NCBI GenBank assembly: GCA_026026165.1 | Contig: JAPEUD010000019.1 | Span: forward strand, 248,001 to 312,000 | DNA: 64,000 nt | Source of the DNA: Sarea resinae | Taxonomy: Eukaryota | Direction: 5' to 3' | In this document: piece after piece, positions 1 through 13,120 of the stretch | How positions within the stretch are numbered: position 1 is the stretch's first letter | How the letters are laid out: each line of letters opens with the position of its first letter | The notes under the pieces: model-generated | Told to the model about the DNA's origin: nothing | The model's database searches: none | The model's input: only the letters and a program-made list of their open reading frames with translations | Program-made: the position numbers and the translations under genes

Positions 1-447
1 CCTTGAACAAGAGCTGCATAAGGTTGCCTATCCACACCAGTACTGTAACAACACTTCCATACACTACTGATCACTCCGCCATCTTCTCTTTCTCTTCTCT
101 TCTCTTCTCATCAACCATTCACCTCATCCAGAAGACCCCATATCACGAACTCATACGCGTCCTCGATCTATCTCTAGGTGCACTGCTGTGGGAGATTGAC
201 CGGCCCCGAAGCGCCCTCGACGAGAACCCCTCCATAACACACCTTTGCTGCCCCACCATCGAATATCAACCACGTCGCTTCCCAAGGCTTTCGACGAAAC
301 CACGAATCTACTGCCCTCGCTCTTGAAGCCTCCGCTATCTCTCGTTCTAGCTTGACGTGGACTCAGACGTCTCGAGCCTGTCCAGACCATCGTTGAGGTA
401 CCGCGAGGCTCTTTCGAGCAGAGACAGGTGGAGCTCAATCTCTCATC

Positions 448-3400
448 ATGTCTATGACTATTGAGGAGCTGGACACCACTGTCCGGTCCTTTTACGAGGG
501 CAGAGGTGATGTGGTATGTGGATGTTGCCCATTTGCCTCCCTGATATTGCTATTAGCTACGTGGCAACGGTGCTGATTCTTGATGTACAGCAAAAGCAAG
601 CTCAGGCTACTCTGAATCAGGTACGACCATCCGCCGTGCATCGAATAATAGTCCTCGTCATGCTGACATCGTATCTAGTTCAAGGAGAATCCGGATGCCT
701 GGCTGCTCGTGGATAAGATATTACAGGAGGCCACATATCCGCAGACAAAGTGTAAGTTGGCCTCGTATTGTGCGATCCGGGAGACCATATTTGTTAACCT
801 GTGGTAGACTTAGGACTGCAGGTCCTGGACAATGTGATCATGACGAGATGGAAAGTTTTGCCACGCGAGCAGTGCCAGGGTCTGTAGAAACCTCCATCGA
901 GACCGCAGTCATGTCCATACTGATCCGTTCTCAAGGTATCCGTAACTTTGTCGTCAATTTCATCATCCAGAGCTCGAGCTCCGAAGAGTCGTTGCGGAGT
1001 CAACGCACCCTTCTAAACAAGCTCAATCTCGTCTTGGTATCTATACTCAAACAAGAATGGCCCCATCATTGGCCGACGTTCATCAATGAGATCATATCGT
1101 CTTGCCACACGAGCCTGTCGATATGCGAAAACAATATGGCTATTCTAAGATTACTATCGGAAGAGGTGTTTGACTACTCAGCCGACCAGATGACATCTGC
1201 GAAGACCAAAAATCTGAAGACCACGATGTGTGCCGAGTTTTCGGCCATCTTTCAGTTATGCTCTGAAGTTCTTACCACCGCAAACCAGGCCAGTCTCATC
1301 AAAGCGACACTGGAGACGTTGCTCAGATTCTTGAATTGGATTCCGCTTGGATACATATTCGAGACTCCAATCATTGAAACGTTGCGAAGCCGGTTTCTCG
1401 AAACACCAGAGTTTCGCAATATCACTCTGAAATGTCTTACGGAGATAGGAGGCCTGCAGATCGGACCTCAGTACTCGTACGACGAGAAGCTTGTGCAGAT
1501 GTTCACCGAGGTCTTGACGTCTATCTCCAAGATCATACCGTTAACTTTAGATCTAAAGGTCACTTATGCTTCAAGTAATTCCAGGGATCAAGAGTTCGTG
1601 CAAAATCTAGCGCTGTTCCTTTGCAATTTCTTTACTGTCCACCTCGGCGTAAGTGCCAGCATTCCAACAACACTCGACTTCTCTAACTATCTGACTAGCT
1701 CATCGAAAACCTCCCTAATCGGGACTATCTTACACACGCGCATTTCTATCTTATCCGGATAAGCCAAATTGATGACCGAGAAATTTTCAAGATCTGCTTG
1801 GAGTACTGGAGCAAACTCGTCAAGGAGCTATATGAGGAGATGCAACAGCTGCCTATTACCGATCTGAACCCTCTGGTCAACATGGGCGTCAGTGGCCTCT
1901 CCAATAGCGGTGCACCTCACCCAACCGTGCTCGCCAACTACCCACTCCGCAAGCACAAATATAGTGAGGTTCTATCAAACCTGCGACAAGTCATGATCGA
2001 GAAGATGGTGCGCCCTGAGGAGGTGCTCATTGTGGAGAATGACGAGGGCGAAATTGTACGAGAATTCGTCAAGGAGAGTGACACAATTCAACTCTACAAG
2101 AGCACAAAAGAATGCTTGGTGTATCTCACACACTTGGACGTTATCGACACAGAGTCAATCATGTCTGAGAAATTGGCTCGACAAGTCGATGGCACAGAGT
2201 GGTCATGGGCCAACTGCAATACTCTTTGCTGGGCTATTGGATCTATCTCTGGAGCGATGAACGAGGAAACCGAGAAGAGATTCTTAGTGACAGTCATCAA
2301 AGACCTATTAGGCTTGACTGAAATGAAGCGTGGCAAAGACAACAAGGCCGTGGTGGCTAGTAACATCATGTACATCGTAGGCCAATACCCGAGGTTCCTC
2401 AAGGCCCACTGGAAGTTCTTAAAGACCGTGGTCAACAAACTCTTTGAGTTTATGCATGAGACCCACGAAGGTTCGTCAAGTCGCACCCTTATCAATTAAA
2501 CTTGCTGACATCCACTAGGTGTGCAGGATATGGCGTGTGACACGTTCATCAAAATTGCCAACAAGTGCAAGCGTCATTTTGTCGTGTTACAACCCGGAGA
2601 ATCCGAACCCTTCATCGAGGAGATTGTACGAAATATGCGCAAAATTACCTGTGACTTATCCCCGCAACAGGTCCATACCTTCTACGAAGCTTGCGGGTAT
2701 ATGATCAGCGCCCAGGGCCAAAAGAACGTCCAGGAGAGACTTATACAAGAACTTATGTCGTATCCGAATGCCGCCGTAAGTTTTCACGTACATTGCCGAT
2801 AGAGTTGTTCTGATCAGATGACACAGTGGGACGCAATTATCCAGCAAGCAAATCAGGATCCTGCTATATTGCAAGATGGAGAAACGATCAAGGTCGTTGG
2901 CAATATCATGAAGACTAATGTATCGGCCTGCAGCTCTATTGGCAGCTACTTCTATCCTCAGATCGGTCGCATCTATCTTGATATGCTCTCTATGTATAGA
3001 GCCACCAGCCAAATGATCTCGGAAGCTGTAGCGCGTGAAGGTAGGAGCCCAGTGACGATATGTTATGTGCAGTATACTCACTTTTTGAAGGCGCGGTTGC
3101 GACCAAGATGCCTAAAGTTAGGGGCCTGCGAACGATCAAGAAAGAAATTTTGAAGCTCATCGAAACCTACGTTCAAAAAGCCGATGACTTGGAAATGGTC
3201 AACAGCAACATTGTTCCTGCACTCCTGGATGCGGTTCTGGTTGACTACAATCGCAACGTTGCCGACGCGCGTGATGCGGAAGTCTTGAATGTTATGACTA
3301 CAATCATCACGAAATTACATGTACGTTGGACCCCCCAAACCTCTCGCTATATGGTTGTACCCTTTGAAGCCTTGGTGCTCGAACAACACTGACGTCAAGC

Positions 3401-4343
3401 AGAACTTGATGGATGACAAAGTCCCGACAATTATGGAGAATGTGTTCGAATGCACACTCGATATGATCAATAAAGACTTTTCTGAGTATCCCGAGCACCG
3501 CGTAGAGTTCTTCAAATTACTAAGAGCCATCAACCTCTACTGCTTTCCTGGTGAGTTGGCTAAGACCATTAGATTGCATGCATACTAATTCCCCAAAGCA
3601 CTTCTCAAGCTCGACGGACGGCAATTCAAATTCGTCATTGACTCTTGCATGTGGGCGAGCAAACACGACAACCGCGAGGTCGAAAGCGCCGGTCTTAACA
3701 TGTGTCTCGAGCTACTCAACAACATGGCTGAGCAGACTGACCCCCAGGTCTCTGGGATGTTCTTCCAGCAATTCTTCCTCACCATCCTTCAGGACGTTTT
3801 CTTCGTGCTTACCGACTCAGACCATAAAGCTGGTATGTGCTATGCATCGATTTTGCCACAGTGTCAACTAACCTCTTCACTAGGTTTCAAATATCAGTCT
3901 ATGCTTTTGGCACGGATGTTCATGCTCGTTGAGTCTGGCAAAATCACGGAGCCAGTCTACTCACCAGAGCAAGCTCCAGCAGGGACGAGTAACAGGGAAT
4001 TTCTTCGAGAGTTTGTTGGAAACCTTCTCCAAAACGCTTTCCCCAATCTTCAAACGTAAGTATCAGTCCTTGAGATCAAATGCGGCTGCTCACACCTCAC
4101 AGGGCTCAAATAAAGGTTTTCGTCGATAACCTATTCGCTCTCAATAGCGACTTGGCCCGATTCAAGCTTGCCGTTCGGGACTTCCTTATCCAACTCAAAG
4201 AGTTCTCCGGGGACAACGCCGAGCTGTATGCCGAGGAGCGGGAACAAGAGTTGAAGAGTGCCCAGGAGGCAGAAAGAGAGAGAGCTATGAAAGTCGGAGG
4301 TCTTCTGAAACCCGCCGAAATCGATCAAGACGATGAACTGTGA
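448..4343 (+). CDS. CRM1: Exportin-1 (CRM1/XPO1/KapK), multi-exon
   Basis: Spliced translation [111 protein letters not shown]; canonical GT-AG introns (first 514-590). Confidence 0.98.
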
Positions 4344-4790
4344 CTGGAGGAAGAGCTCAGGGCGGAGTTTGCTACGCAGGTAGCAGAGGCTGAACATCTC
4401 ACCACCAAGCCGTCGCCCACGAAGTTCGAATCTACTACGGAGGACAGTTTCAACGGTTGGGAGATCTATGGTCTTTGATGCTGCTGCAATGGCATGGAGG
4501 CTTCTCGTGCTCTTGGAGCGTACATGGTCAATTTCGTTCAATTTCCTCGGTGCACAGGCGATGATATCAATTTAGGGCTTACAGGCAGTCCCGTTCGTTT
4601 TGATAAAAGCATCATCTTCTAAGAAGCGCAGAGCGCACATTTCCCGTCGCCTTTTTTCTTTTCGGAAGACTATTCGGGCGCATAGCTAGGCTCTTCCCGT
4701 CAGGATGTAGATTGCATTAACGTTATGTATAGGTGGTAAAGCAATGAAAATTGATAAGCATGTCAAGCATCTTATGTGGTGCTTCTCCAT

Positions 4791-5719
4791 CTATGAAATC
4801 TGAGTTGGTGTTGAATGAGCTTCCAGGGCCTTGTGCTGTGAGCTCGTTGGAAACTCGTCAGGATCGGCGGTAGAAGTTTCGTTTGGGTCTTTGGCTCGGA
4901 GAGACGTTGTATCAACGCCCTCCAAGAACTCTTCGACTGCGTATCTAGCTTTACTGCCCGCAAAACTCCGACTATGAATTCGAAGAAGAAGCGCGGGATC
5001 ATCAGCTCCGATTGCGTCCCACGCAGACATGTCGCATCCACATGAACACGCACGCGCAAGATCTTCACCAGTCGCAATAGCAACCAAAGGGGCTGGGTAC
5101 TCACTATTCCAGAATGATACTCGTATAGTTCCATCCTTGCCATCGTCTGACAATTCCGCAGAACAAGCCGATCGGGTCGACGATGAGGACTGGCTTCGGG
5201 CTCTCGTGAAGGAGGCGCAGCGCTTTCCGTAAGGTCGCGATGGTGTCGCTGTGACGCGTGTTCCAGGCTTCTAGCGACGCGTGAATGGGGGGCGTATGTC
5301 GCCAGGTTGTGGTAGTTGGCGGACGGAGGAGCGTTTGCAAGGCCTTGGAGGGGGGTTCGGGGGTGAGAGTCAGGAGGGTGCGGAGGCGGAGACTTTGGTG
5401 GGATATCTTTTAGCACGGGGCTATGGTGGAGGATAGATCCACGATCCACAATGGAGGGACCATAACAGATGGATGGCTTACGTTCTGAGGAAGCCTAGGT
5501 TCTGAAAGTCCACGGCTGGAGGTTGGGCAAGGGCAGAGGAGTCAGCTTCACGTCTGCATGGCTGGAGAGGGGCCATGATGGGCAGGAAACGGGAGGATGC
5601 AGAATGCATGCAGGCTTACACGCGCAGCGATAGATGCCTTCGGTGACGATGGCCAGGAGCTCGGGGGGAGTGAGGAAGAGGCTGTCATCGAGGGCGGCGT
5701 GCTCGAATGCGCCGGCCAT
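4791..5719 (-). CDS. OCA4: OCA4-like (Siw14/Oca family) phosphatase-fold protein lacking the CX5R motif; 4 exons
   Basis: Spliced: LTPPELLAIVTEGIYRCASVDFQNLGFLRTLRLRTLLTLTPEPPSK..VLIVDPIGLFCGIVRRWQGWNYTSIILEYRSFAGSKARYAVEEFLEGVD; resembles Oca-family N- and C-terminal motifs; three introns with GTAAGC/GTGAGT donors. Confidence 0.75.
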
Positions 5720-6358
5720 GCTCGTTTCTGTGGCGTCTGTTGCCTTGGTGGGGCTTGAGGCGCATTGAGACGGATGTGCTGAAGATTGCTGTTGTTATCA
5801 TCGGTGGTCGAGGTGGAGGGAGAGCTTGAAGTACTCGGATCGAGGTCTCTCGGTGCGTCTACGCAGGCGATGGAGTACCTCTTGTCTCGTACCTGGAGCT
5901 TGATCGTGTCTCTCCGATGCGGCAAGCCACAGGCTTATCTGACTGGGAGGCTCTGCGGCACCTCTCGGCCCTGACTAACCCAATTGCGGCGTGATGACGC
6001 CAAAGGCGGGATGAAGTATCGGGCATGTCTCGATACTTCACTCCACGCGCTCTACGCGCACGCCTGGTACGTGCCTCTACCTCTGCGCAACCAGCAGAGA
6101 ACATCAGATCACTGCAGCGGCAGCGACTGGTGATTTTGGATCCCACGGCGCGACGCTCGGGTGGCCTGCGTTGTCTTTGCATAGAGTATCGTCAATCGAT
6201 TCGCCCGTCTTCAATTCATCCCTTCACCCTTAAAGAGAGATTCCCCTCATCAGCAGCGACCATATTCGGCCAGTTCGCCGTGTCCATCTCAATTCGAGTC
6301 AATTCAAAGCCAGCACCCTCACACAGACCATCCAATTCCATCTCCACCTGCATCCAAG

Positions 6359-6964
6359 ATGAACGGCCAGGCCACCCGACAAGCCGCCCACCGGCCCGCC
6401 ACCGTCACACAGACACAGACACCGACTCCAGCGCCACGGATCACGCTGCCAACAGGCACCCTGAGATTGCGCGGCGAGCCGGTCGAGGAAAGGCATATTG
6501 CGTGGGCGGAAGACGTGGTGGATAACGAGGGCATGGGGAAGAAGAGCTCAAAAGGTCCGTTTCCTCCATCCGTCACTCTCCATACGGTATCTCCTGGCTA
6601 CTTGTCGTCTCATACGCTTAACGCATGAACAGTCTGCTGCATCTACCACAAACCGCGTGCCGTCGACGAATCCTCGTCGGAAGACTCGTCTTCCTCGTCG
6701 TCCGACAGCGACTCGGACTCGTCCAGCGAGCCGGACAACAGCCGCGCCCGCATGCCAGGCCAAGGCCGAGGCCGCCGCCGTCGACCCTCCCATCCACACT
6801 CTCACGACCACGATGGCGACGATGGCGACGGCGGCGACGACGACGATGACGGTGGATGCGGCCACGACCACGGCTCGCCGCCGCGAAAGCCGGCGCGCCA
6901 GAGGCGAAGAGCGAGCCCGAACGCGTACGAGAAGATGCCCAAGGCCAAAGGCATGCAGACGTGA
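6359..6964 (+). CDS. YPI1: PP1 regulator Ypi1 / inhibitor-3 (PPP1R11)
   Basis: [40 protein letters not shown]; intron 6555-6632. Confidence 0.95.
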
Positions 6965-7933
6965 AGACCGCCCTCTATCATCTTGAAACTTTCCGTCTCA
7001 TTTTTTTTTCTTCTTGGCGTTTCAGCGGGGTTCATAAATATGGCTGGCGGACTGGCGAGCCGGTCGGCGTTTTCGGGCTGCACGGATATCAAGGACTGGG
7101 GGCCTTCGCGGGAATCGAAATGCACACGAAAGTAGCCACAGGCGACGGGAGCTGTGTCAATGAGCGAACTAGCGGTGGCTGACACTACCCGGGGGGGAGG
7201 CGGGTGCGAATACCCACTGGATCTGTCTTCAAGCATCATCTCCATCATCTCACAACCGTCATGGCTCGGCCATCCCAATCCGCCCTACATACTACCGCAG
7301 AGAAGCCTAGAATCTGGTCTTTTCACGCTCGCGTCAGGACTCACCGACCAGCCGTGACGCAGCAGCACAGCACAGCACAGCACGCAGCATGCTACAACAT
7401 AGACTAGCATAGTAGTAGTCGTAGGAGCAATAAAAGCAGAATCATAGGAGATAAGGAAATCCATACCCCATCCATCCACCCACCTATCAATCCACCTCTC
7501 AATCCCCTTTCCCTCCTATCTCCAAACTCGAACCCAAACACCAAAAAGAGCGCCGAAGACAAACATGCCAAAAGTGCAAGAACCTACACGGAACCCTCTC
7601 TAGGTCTTATCTCTCTCTCTCTATCGAGTCACCTTCTCCGATTCCTAATCTCCGTCCGTCTGTCTGTGTACCGGTACGTCCTGGGACGAATAGGCGTCGT
7701 CAGTCGGGCAGTCAGTCAGCTAGGGGCGCCGTGGAAACACTAATATCAATAGTAGTAGTACTCCGGGTAGTAGTAGTATTGTAGCAGCAGCACCCGTGGT
7801 CAAAACCCCCAATTCACAAGACCAGGCAGACTTATAAAGTGACAAATCTGAATTCAATTCTCTCCCCTCTCCCCTCTCCCTTCTCCCCTCCCGTCTCTTT
7901 CTCTCCCCCTTCACTCATCTATCATCTCAAATC

Positions 7934-7934
<1 letters not shown>

Positions 7935-7974
<40 letters not shown>

Positions 7975-7991
7975 AAAAAAAAAAAAAAAAA
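7935..7991. repeat. Poly(A) tract (A38-GG-A17), poly(U) relative to the SGO1 3' region
   Basis: Directly visible. Confidence 0.95.
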
Positions 7992-8229
7992 CGCAATAGC
8001 CCAAACGCTGCCGTCCCCGGATCAGTGATACCCAACTCCGTCCGGTCCGTTCCGTTCCGTTCCGTTCGCGCTCTACCTTTCCCCCTTCCAAAAACAAGAC
8101 AGAACAAAAAGAATGGGTAGGGATAAGATAATAAGTTAAGGGAACCGTAGGGTAGGGGTATAAGAGTCCACCGCACCGCACACAGCGCGCCCCGGAAGTC
8201 GTGGTTCGAACAAAGATCAAGACAAGAAG

Positions 8230-8266
<37 letters not shown>

Positions 8267-8269
8267 CGT

Positions 8270-11024
8270 CTATAGCATCATGCTCCTCCGCCTACTAGCC
8301 GCGGCCGCCGATCGCTCTGCCCTCGAAGAGCTCGCGCCTAGTACTGCTTTGGCCCCTCGACCACCACCATCGCCATCATCGGACAAGTCTGCCGCTCCAT
8401 CCAGACCCCTGCTGGGCACGCTCCTGGCCGTTCGCAGCTCCCTGGTACTCGTGCTCTCCGGCGCATCCAGACCTCGAGTCAGATTTCTCGTTCTCGTAGA
8501 GGCCGAGGAACCAGCAGCCGGAACGGAGGAATGCCGCCTGGATGCTCTAGCAGCACTATTGCTGCTGCCGATAGCAGAAGTGGCCGAGATCCTGCTTCTT
8601 GACGAATGAGAGGATTCAAATTTCTCCGAGGGATTTTCAACCGGTGACGAGGTCCTGAACTCGAAGATGTCGACCTCGCCATCCCTCTCTTCATCTCCAT
8701 CCTCGCCCCCCTCTTCTTCATCGTCCCGTCCTTCTGCCACTGTGGCTTCTTCAACGTCGCCACCTATCCCCCCAAAGCCTTTAGACGCCCCTTTGCGACT
8801 CTCGCGCCGATCTCTGGGTTTCTTACTACTTGCGATAAGCGCTGATATCGCAGCAGCCGAGCCAGATGCTCGTACTGATTTCTTGTCCGAGTGAACGTCT
8901 TGATCGGGATCGCTGGCCTCGATTTCGTCCAAAGGCGGGCAGTGCAGTGCAGATGAAGTACGACGGCGACGACTTGTTATGACCGTAGAAGGGAGATCGT
9001 GCTCGTTATGGTTGCCGCTGTCGGAAACATGAATGCCTGATTTGTTGCCAAGGGGACTCGCACTGCTCTCGTCGGCACGGAACTTTTGCGGATCCATTGC
9101 CGTAGATGATGCTGGGGGCAGAGACTTCCATGCTGCCGAGGAAGAGGAATTACCCGTATCTTCTCTCTTGATGACAACGGTTCGCATTTTCTTCTCCGTG
9201 GTGCTCCCTGGCTCTTCGCTCGTCGACAGCACATTTTCTGTTTTGATGCCATTTTGTTGTTGGGACCGCTTCTCTGCCGCTACGGCATCAATAAGCTCCT
9301 TAGTTGGCCTGCGCATTTTATCCCTCAAATTTGGTTCGGCATAACTAACGGCCGTACGTTGGCGTCTTGCCGTGCGGCCCGCGGCGTTGAGTGCCTCAGC
9401 CGATGAGCTAGAGGGGTTCAAATCAGGCGGTGGCGGTGTATCTCTCGACTCCTGGCGCACGGCTGAGGGTTCCGAAGCGGTGGGAGAGAAAAGATCAAGA
9501 CCTGCTGGGGTCTCTGGAGAAGGATCCATAGAGTCTGGTGGGGCTCCTTCGATGGTATCCATGGAGGGTCGTTCCTGAATCCGAGTTGGGGGTTCAATGA
9601 CAGTCACTATTTTGCGTCGGCGTTCGCGCGGTGTTGGTCGGCCTTGCTTGTCATCAGAGTCCTTCTTGATGTTCCCTGCTTTCTCCGAGAGCGTTCTCGA
9701 CGCTTTTACTGGTGAGACTACCGGATCCGTGTTTATGCTCTCTGTATAGTTATTAGCAACGTGCCCAGAGGTGGAAGCTAGAGAAAGCTTACTTGGCCCC
9801 AAAGCTTTTCTTCCTGATGGCGCAACAGTGGACTTGGTTCCCCTTGATTTTTCAGTAGACGTGATCGAGGCTATCGGGGCTGTTTTGCTGCCCTTAGACG
9901 TGTTTCTAGAAGTAGTAGTTCGACCATTGGAGTCACCATGACCCGTAGAGTCTGATCTTCGATTGAACGTGAAGTCATCCGAGCCAGCCTCCCTCTCAAG
10001 CTGCTCAGCTTCATCTCTTGAGCTGAACTTCCGTTTCGCTCCCGCTTTCAACTTTGGCTGCGCAGCGGTATCCGAAGCTGGATCCGAGTCTATCGATTGA
10101 GGGACTTGGCTTTCTGCCTCATCTATCCGCTTGAATTCAGCCGGTTTTGAGCTATCTCGTCGTTTCCTCCTCGTCTCGAGATTTGGTGCAAGAGCGGCGA
10201 TTATTTCCTCATCTCGGCAACCTAGTTGCTGATCCTGTTTATTCTCTGGCAAGAACTTGATGGGATCTCCTTCATCTAAGTGAGCTACTGGAGGGGGACC
10301 AAGGTCCGGGGATTCCACGTGAGGATCTAAAACGACGGTGCCTAGTTCTTCGTGGCTGTGGGAATGTCAGTTCTGCTCCTCTTCTAGGGTTTTGGCAGTA
10401 AGACATACTCGAGGGTTCTTCTTGGATAGTACTTGTCTTCGGCAATAGGGGGCAGCTTCCCATCTTGACCCGTAATCTCCGACAGCGTAAACGCACTCTT
10501 CCAATTCCTTTGATCCGGCGAGCGCTTGGGTGACTGGTTCGTGGCCTTTTCTCTCGACAATATATCCTTAGGTTGATGGAGCTTCTGTAGCTCGCCCAAC
10601 TCCGAGACCAGAAATCCTAGCTCCGCCATCTTCCCCGCAAGCCTGTCTTTGACGTCCTCAACATGGTTAAAGTATCGTCGGTTCTTGTTGTTGTTGTCGA
10701 GCTCAGACTGGAGCTTGATGATCTGTTCTCGTAGCGAAATATTCTCCGCCAGTAAGCGCGACGTCTCGGACTCGAGATTCCGAATGCGCAAAGATTGTGT
10801 CGAGTTTGCTCTAGCTGCCAGTCAGTCATCAACGCGCCGACGCTCGTGGAATGGTATACCTAGCGATCTCGCGGTTCTGCCGCACAAAGCGCCGCTTGAC
10901 TATACATGAATGAGCGACATTATCTTGGGGCTAGGACGGGCGCCATAGTTGCGCATGTGGCCAAGGACTTACGTGCTTCGAGCGACTCGGTTGCTGGCGG
11001 TGCTGGTTCGTTCAACCGCGCCAT
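8270..11024 (-). CDS. SGO1: Shugoshin
   Basis: MARLNEPAPP..KRRFVRQNREIARANSTQSLRIRNLESE coiled coil; SGO motif RRQRTAVSYAEPNLRDKMRRP; ends RRRSMML; several introns. Confidence 0.95.
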
Positions 11025-11499
11025 GTGCGCTTTTTCGGGTGTGGTAATAGGAGCAGGATGAAGGGATGATAGATCACAGACGCTATAACATCAAGAGTGT
11101 ATATGGTGACCCGGTAGCGAGTGGTTGAGGGATGATTGATGAGGATGTTGGTGACAAAGTTTCGAGAGGGAGAGAGATGTTGTTGATATGCGGCAGGGGT
11201 GGTGTTGAGAGGTTGTGTTTACCTTTGGCCCAAACGAGGAACTTTGTATGGGGATCGTCCTCTTCGCTTACCGCCGAGTCACATCGTGGCATTCATCGAG
11301 CAATTGCGAAACGGAACATGAAATCGTCACAGTTGTTCCAAGTCCCCCACCTCCGTCCAATTCATTGTATCTATTGATTCATTGCATTCGCCACCCACAT
11401 TTCTCTTCTGCTTTTTGTCAGCGCAAAATCCTTTATCTGGAAGGAAACAGAATCGGCATCTCGCGTTATCGCTCATAGTTCTCCCTTACGCGCCACGCC

Positions 11500-12080
11500 A
11501 TGTCTTATCAGACGCGTCCTTTCGCTTCCCACCTGCGCCATCCCTCCACTTCCGGAGCGCAGACTTCCACTGGCCAGTCTCCGGTATTGACGGCACGCAT
11601 CAATGAGAAGAAGATCGAATTAGAGAACCTCAAGCAGCTACGAGATCTGAGCGCAGGGCTGGCAGGGCAGATGTCGATGCTGGAGGAGAAATTGAGTACA
11701 CTGTCTGATGGCACAGAAGGTGGGCTCCAAGCACGCGATAATATCCCGCTGGGATCCAAGGCACTACTGGCTGTGAGCTTGCACTGATGATTATATAAAT
11801 ATAGCGGTCGCTGCGGTCTTATCAAATTGGCATAATGTTCTACGTGCAATCAACATGGCGTCGAGTGAGTTTAGACTTCTTTCGAGTACGTTTGAGAAGT
11901 ACTCATGTGTTGGCAGTGAAAATCCCCAAGCCCAAAGACGAGAACGGGGAAGAGATTGACGAAGATGAGGCTAAGAAACCTGCCTCTGACGTTCCCTTAC
12001 CGCAGACCTTGGTTCGCATACCCACGGAACAGCAGCACGTGTTGGAGCCTCAGCCCAGTTCTGGAGGCGCGGAACCTTAA
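11500..12080 (+). CDS. DAD2: DASH/Dam1 complex subunit Dad2
   Basis: ARINEKKIELENLKQLRDLS..LSDGTE|AVAAVLSNWHNVLRAINMAS..PLPQTLVRIP; 2 introns. Confidence 0.95.
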
Positions 12081-13120
12081 GTCGGTTCCAAGGACTACTC
12101 GTATCAGGTTCATGGTCTATTCAAATTTTGGATGGTGGGTTTTTGGGGTGCTACAACGGCGGAATTATTACAGCGAATACCAGGGGAAGGCGCATCATCA
12201 AGTTGCCATGCGGATTTCATTGGCTGAGAGGCCAGGTCGAAAATGCAATCCCCAAGCGATGCTTCAGTGATTGTCAAAGACTTGGACAAACAGACGTTCA
12301 GTTCAGGAGTGTTCAGAACCACCAAAAGGGAGCGGCGATGAGGGGGGGTGACAAAATTCAGCCAGAAAACCGGCTCGAATAAAAACAGATTCTCGCCCAA
12401 GCACCAAAAGCCGAAGCCAAAAGGGCAGACAACCATGCACTCGAATAACAGGTCTTGAATCTATGAGCAGATGCCGGAGTCGTTGGCAAGTCAAGCAGAA
12501 AAAGTACGATTTAGGAACCAGATCGGGATATAAGCAGTCTATTACAGTGCCGGCGGGCAGCGCTACACACCCAAGAACAGCAAACCTCGCGGGCAGGGGA
12601 GTGACCAAGAGAATCAATGCCAGCATAGCGCAAGCGACCGAGACATTTTCGAAGGGCGTAATAAGTCTCGAGCGCCTGACGAGTCATACTCTTTCCGGAT
12701 CGTTGATGGAAGATATCTGTGCGATCGTCTATAGAAACCTCGGGGATTGGCCTCAACCCTATAGAAAGGGCGACCGATTCTACCAGGCGAGTAGAATGCC
12801 ATACAATCGGTCAAGGCGTTCATAGTAGTCAGATAGTACGAAAGTGAATGATTTTACATCAGCGTTTGCTTTGACAAACTGTATCTCTTACGTTTGGCCT
12901 AGTATATTACCTTAGAACACCCGTGATCCGAATTCATGGCTTGTTATGGATTGCCGGAGGAAGTTCCTACGCTTGTGGTCCCGCCACCCACACGCGACAG
13001 GCGCCCTAAGCGCTTGCCGAAATATTTCCATCACCGGGCATCAGCATCTTCGATGACCACCAGCGCCATCAAAATCCGAACATCACCGTCACTACCGCCG
13101 GAACAACCATCACCGCGATA

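Noticed and set aside
7839..8220. Poly-Lys/poly-Phe ORFs and a possible retroelement poly(A) tail
   Set aside because: Translations of the homopolymer; no target-site duplication, Pol III boxes or RT remnants seen
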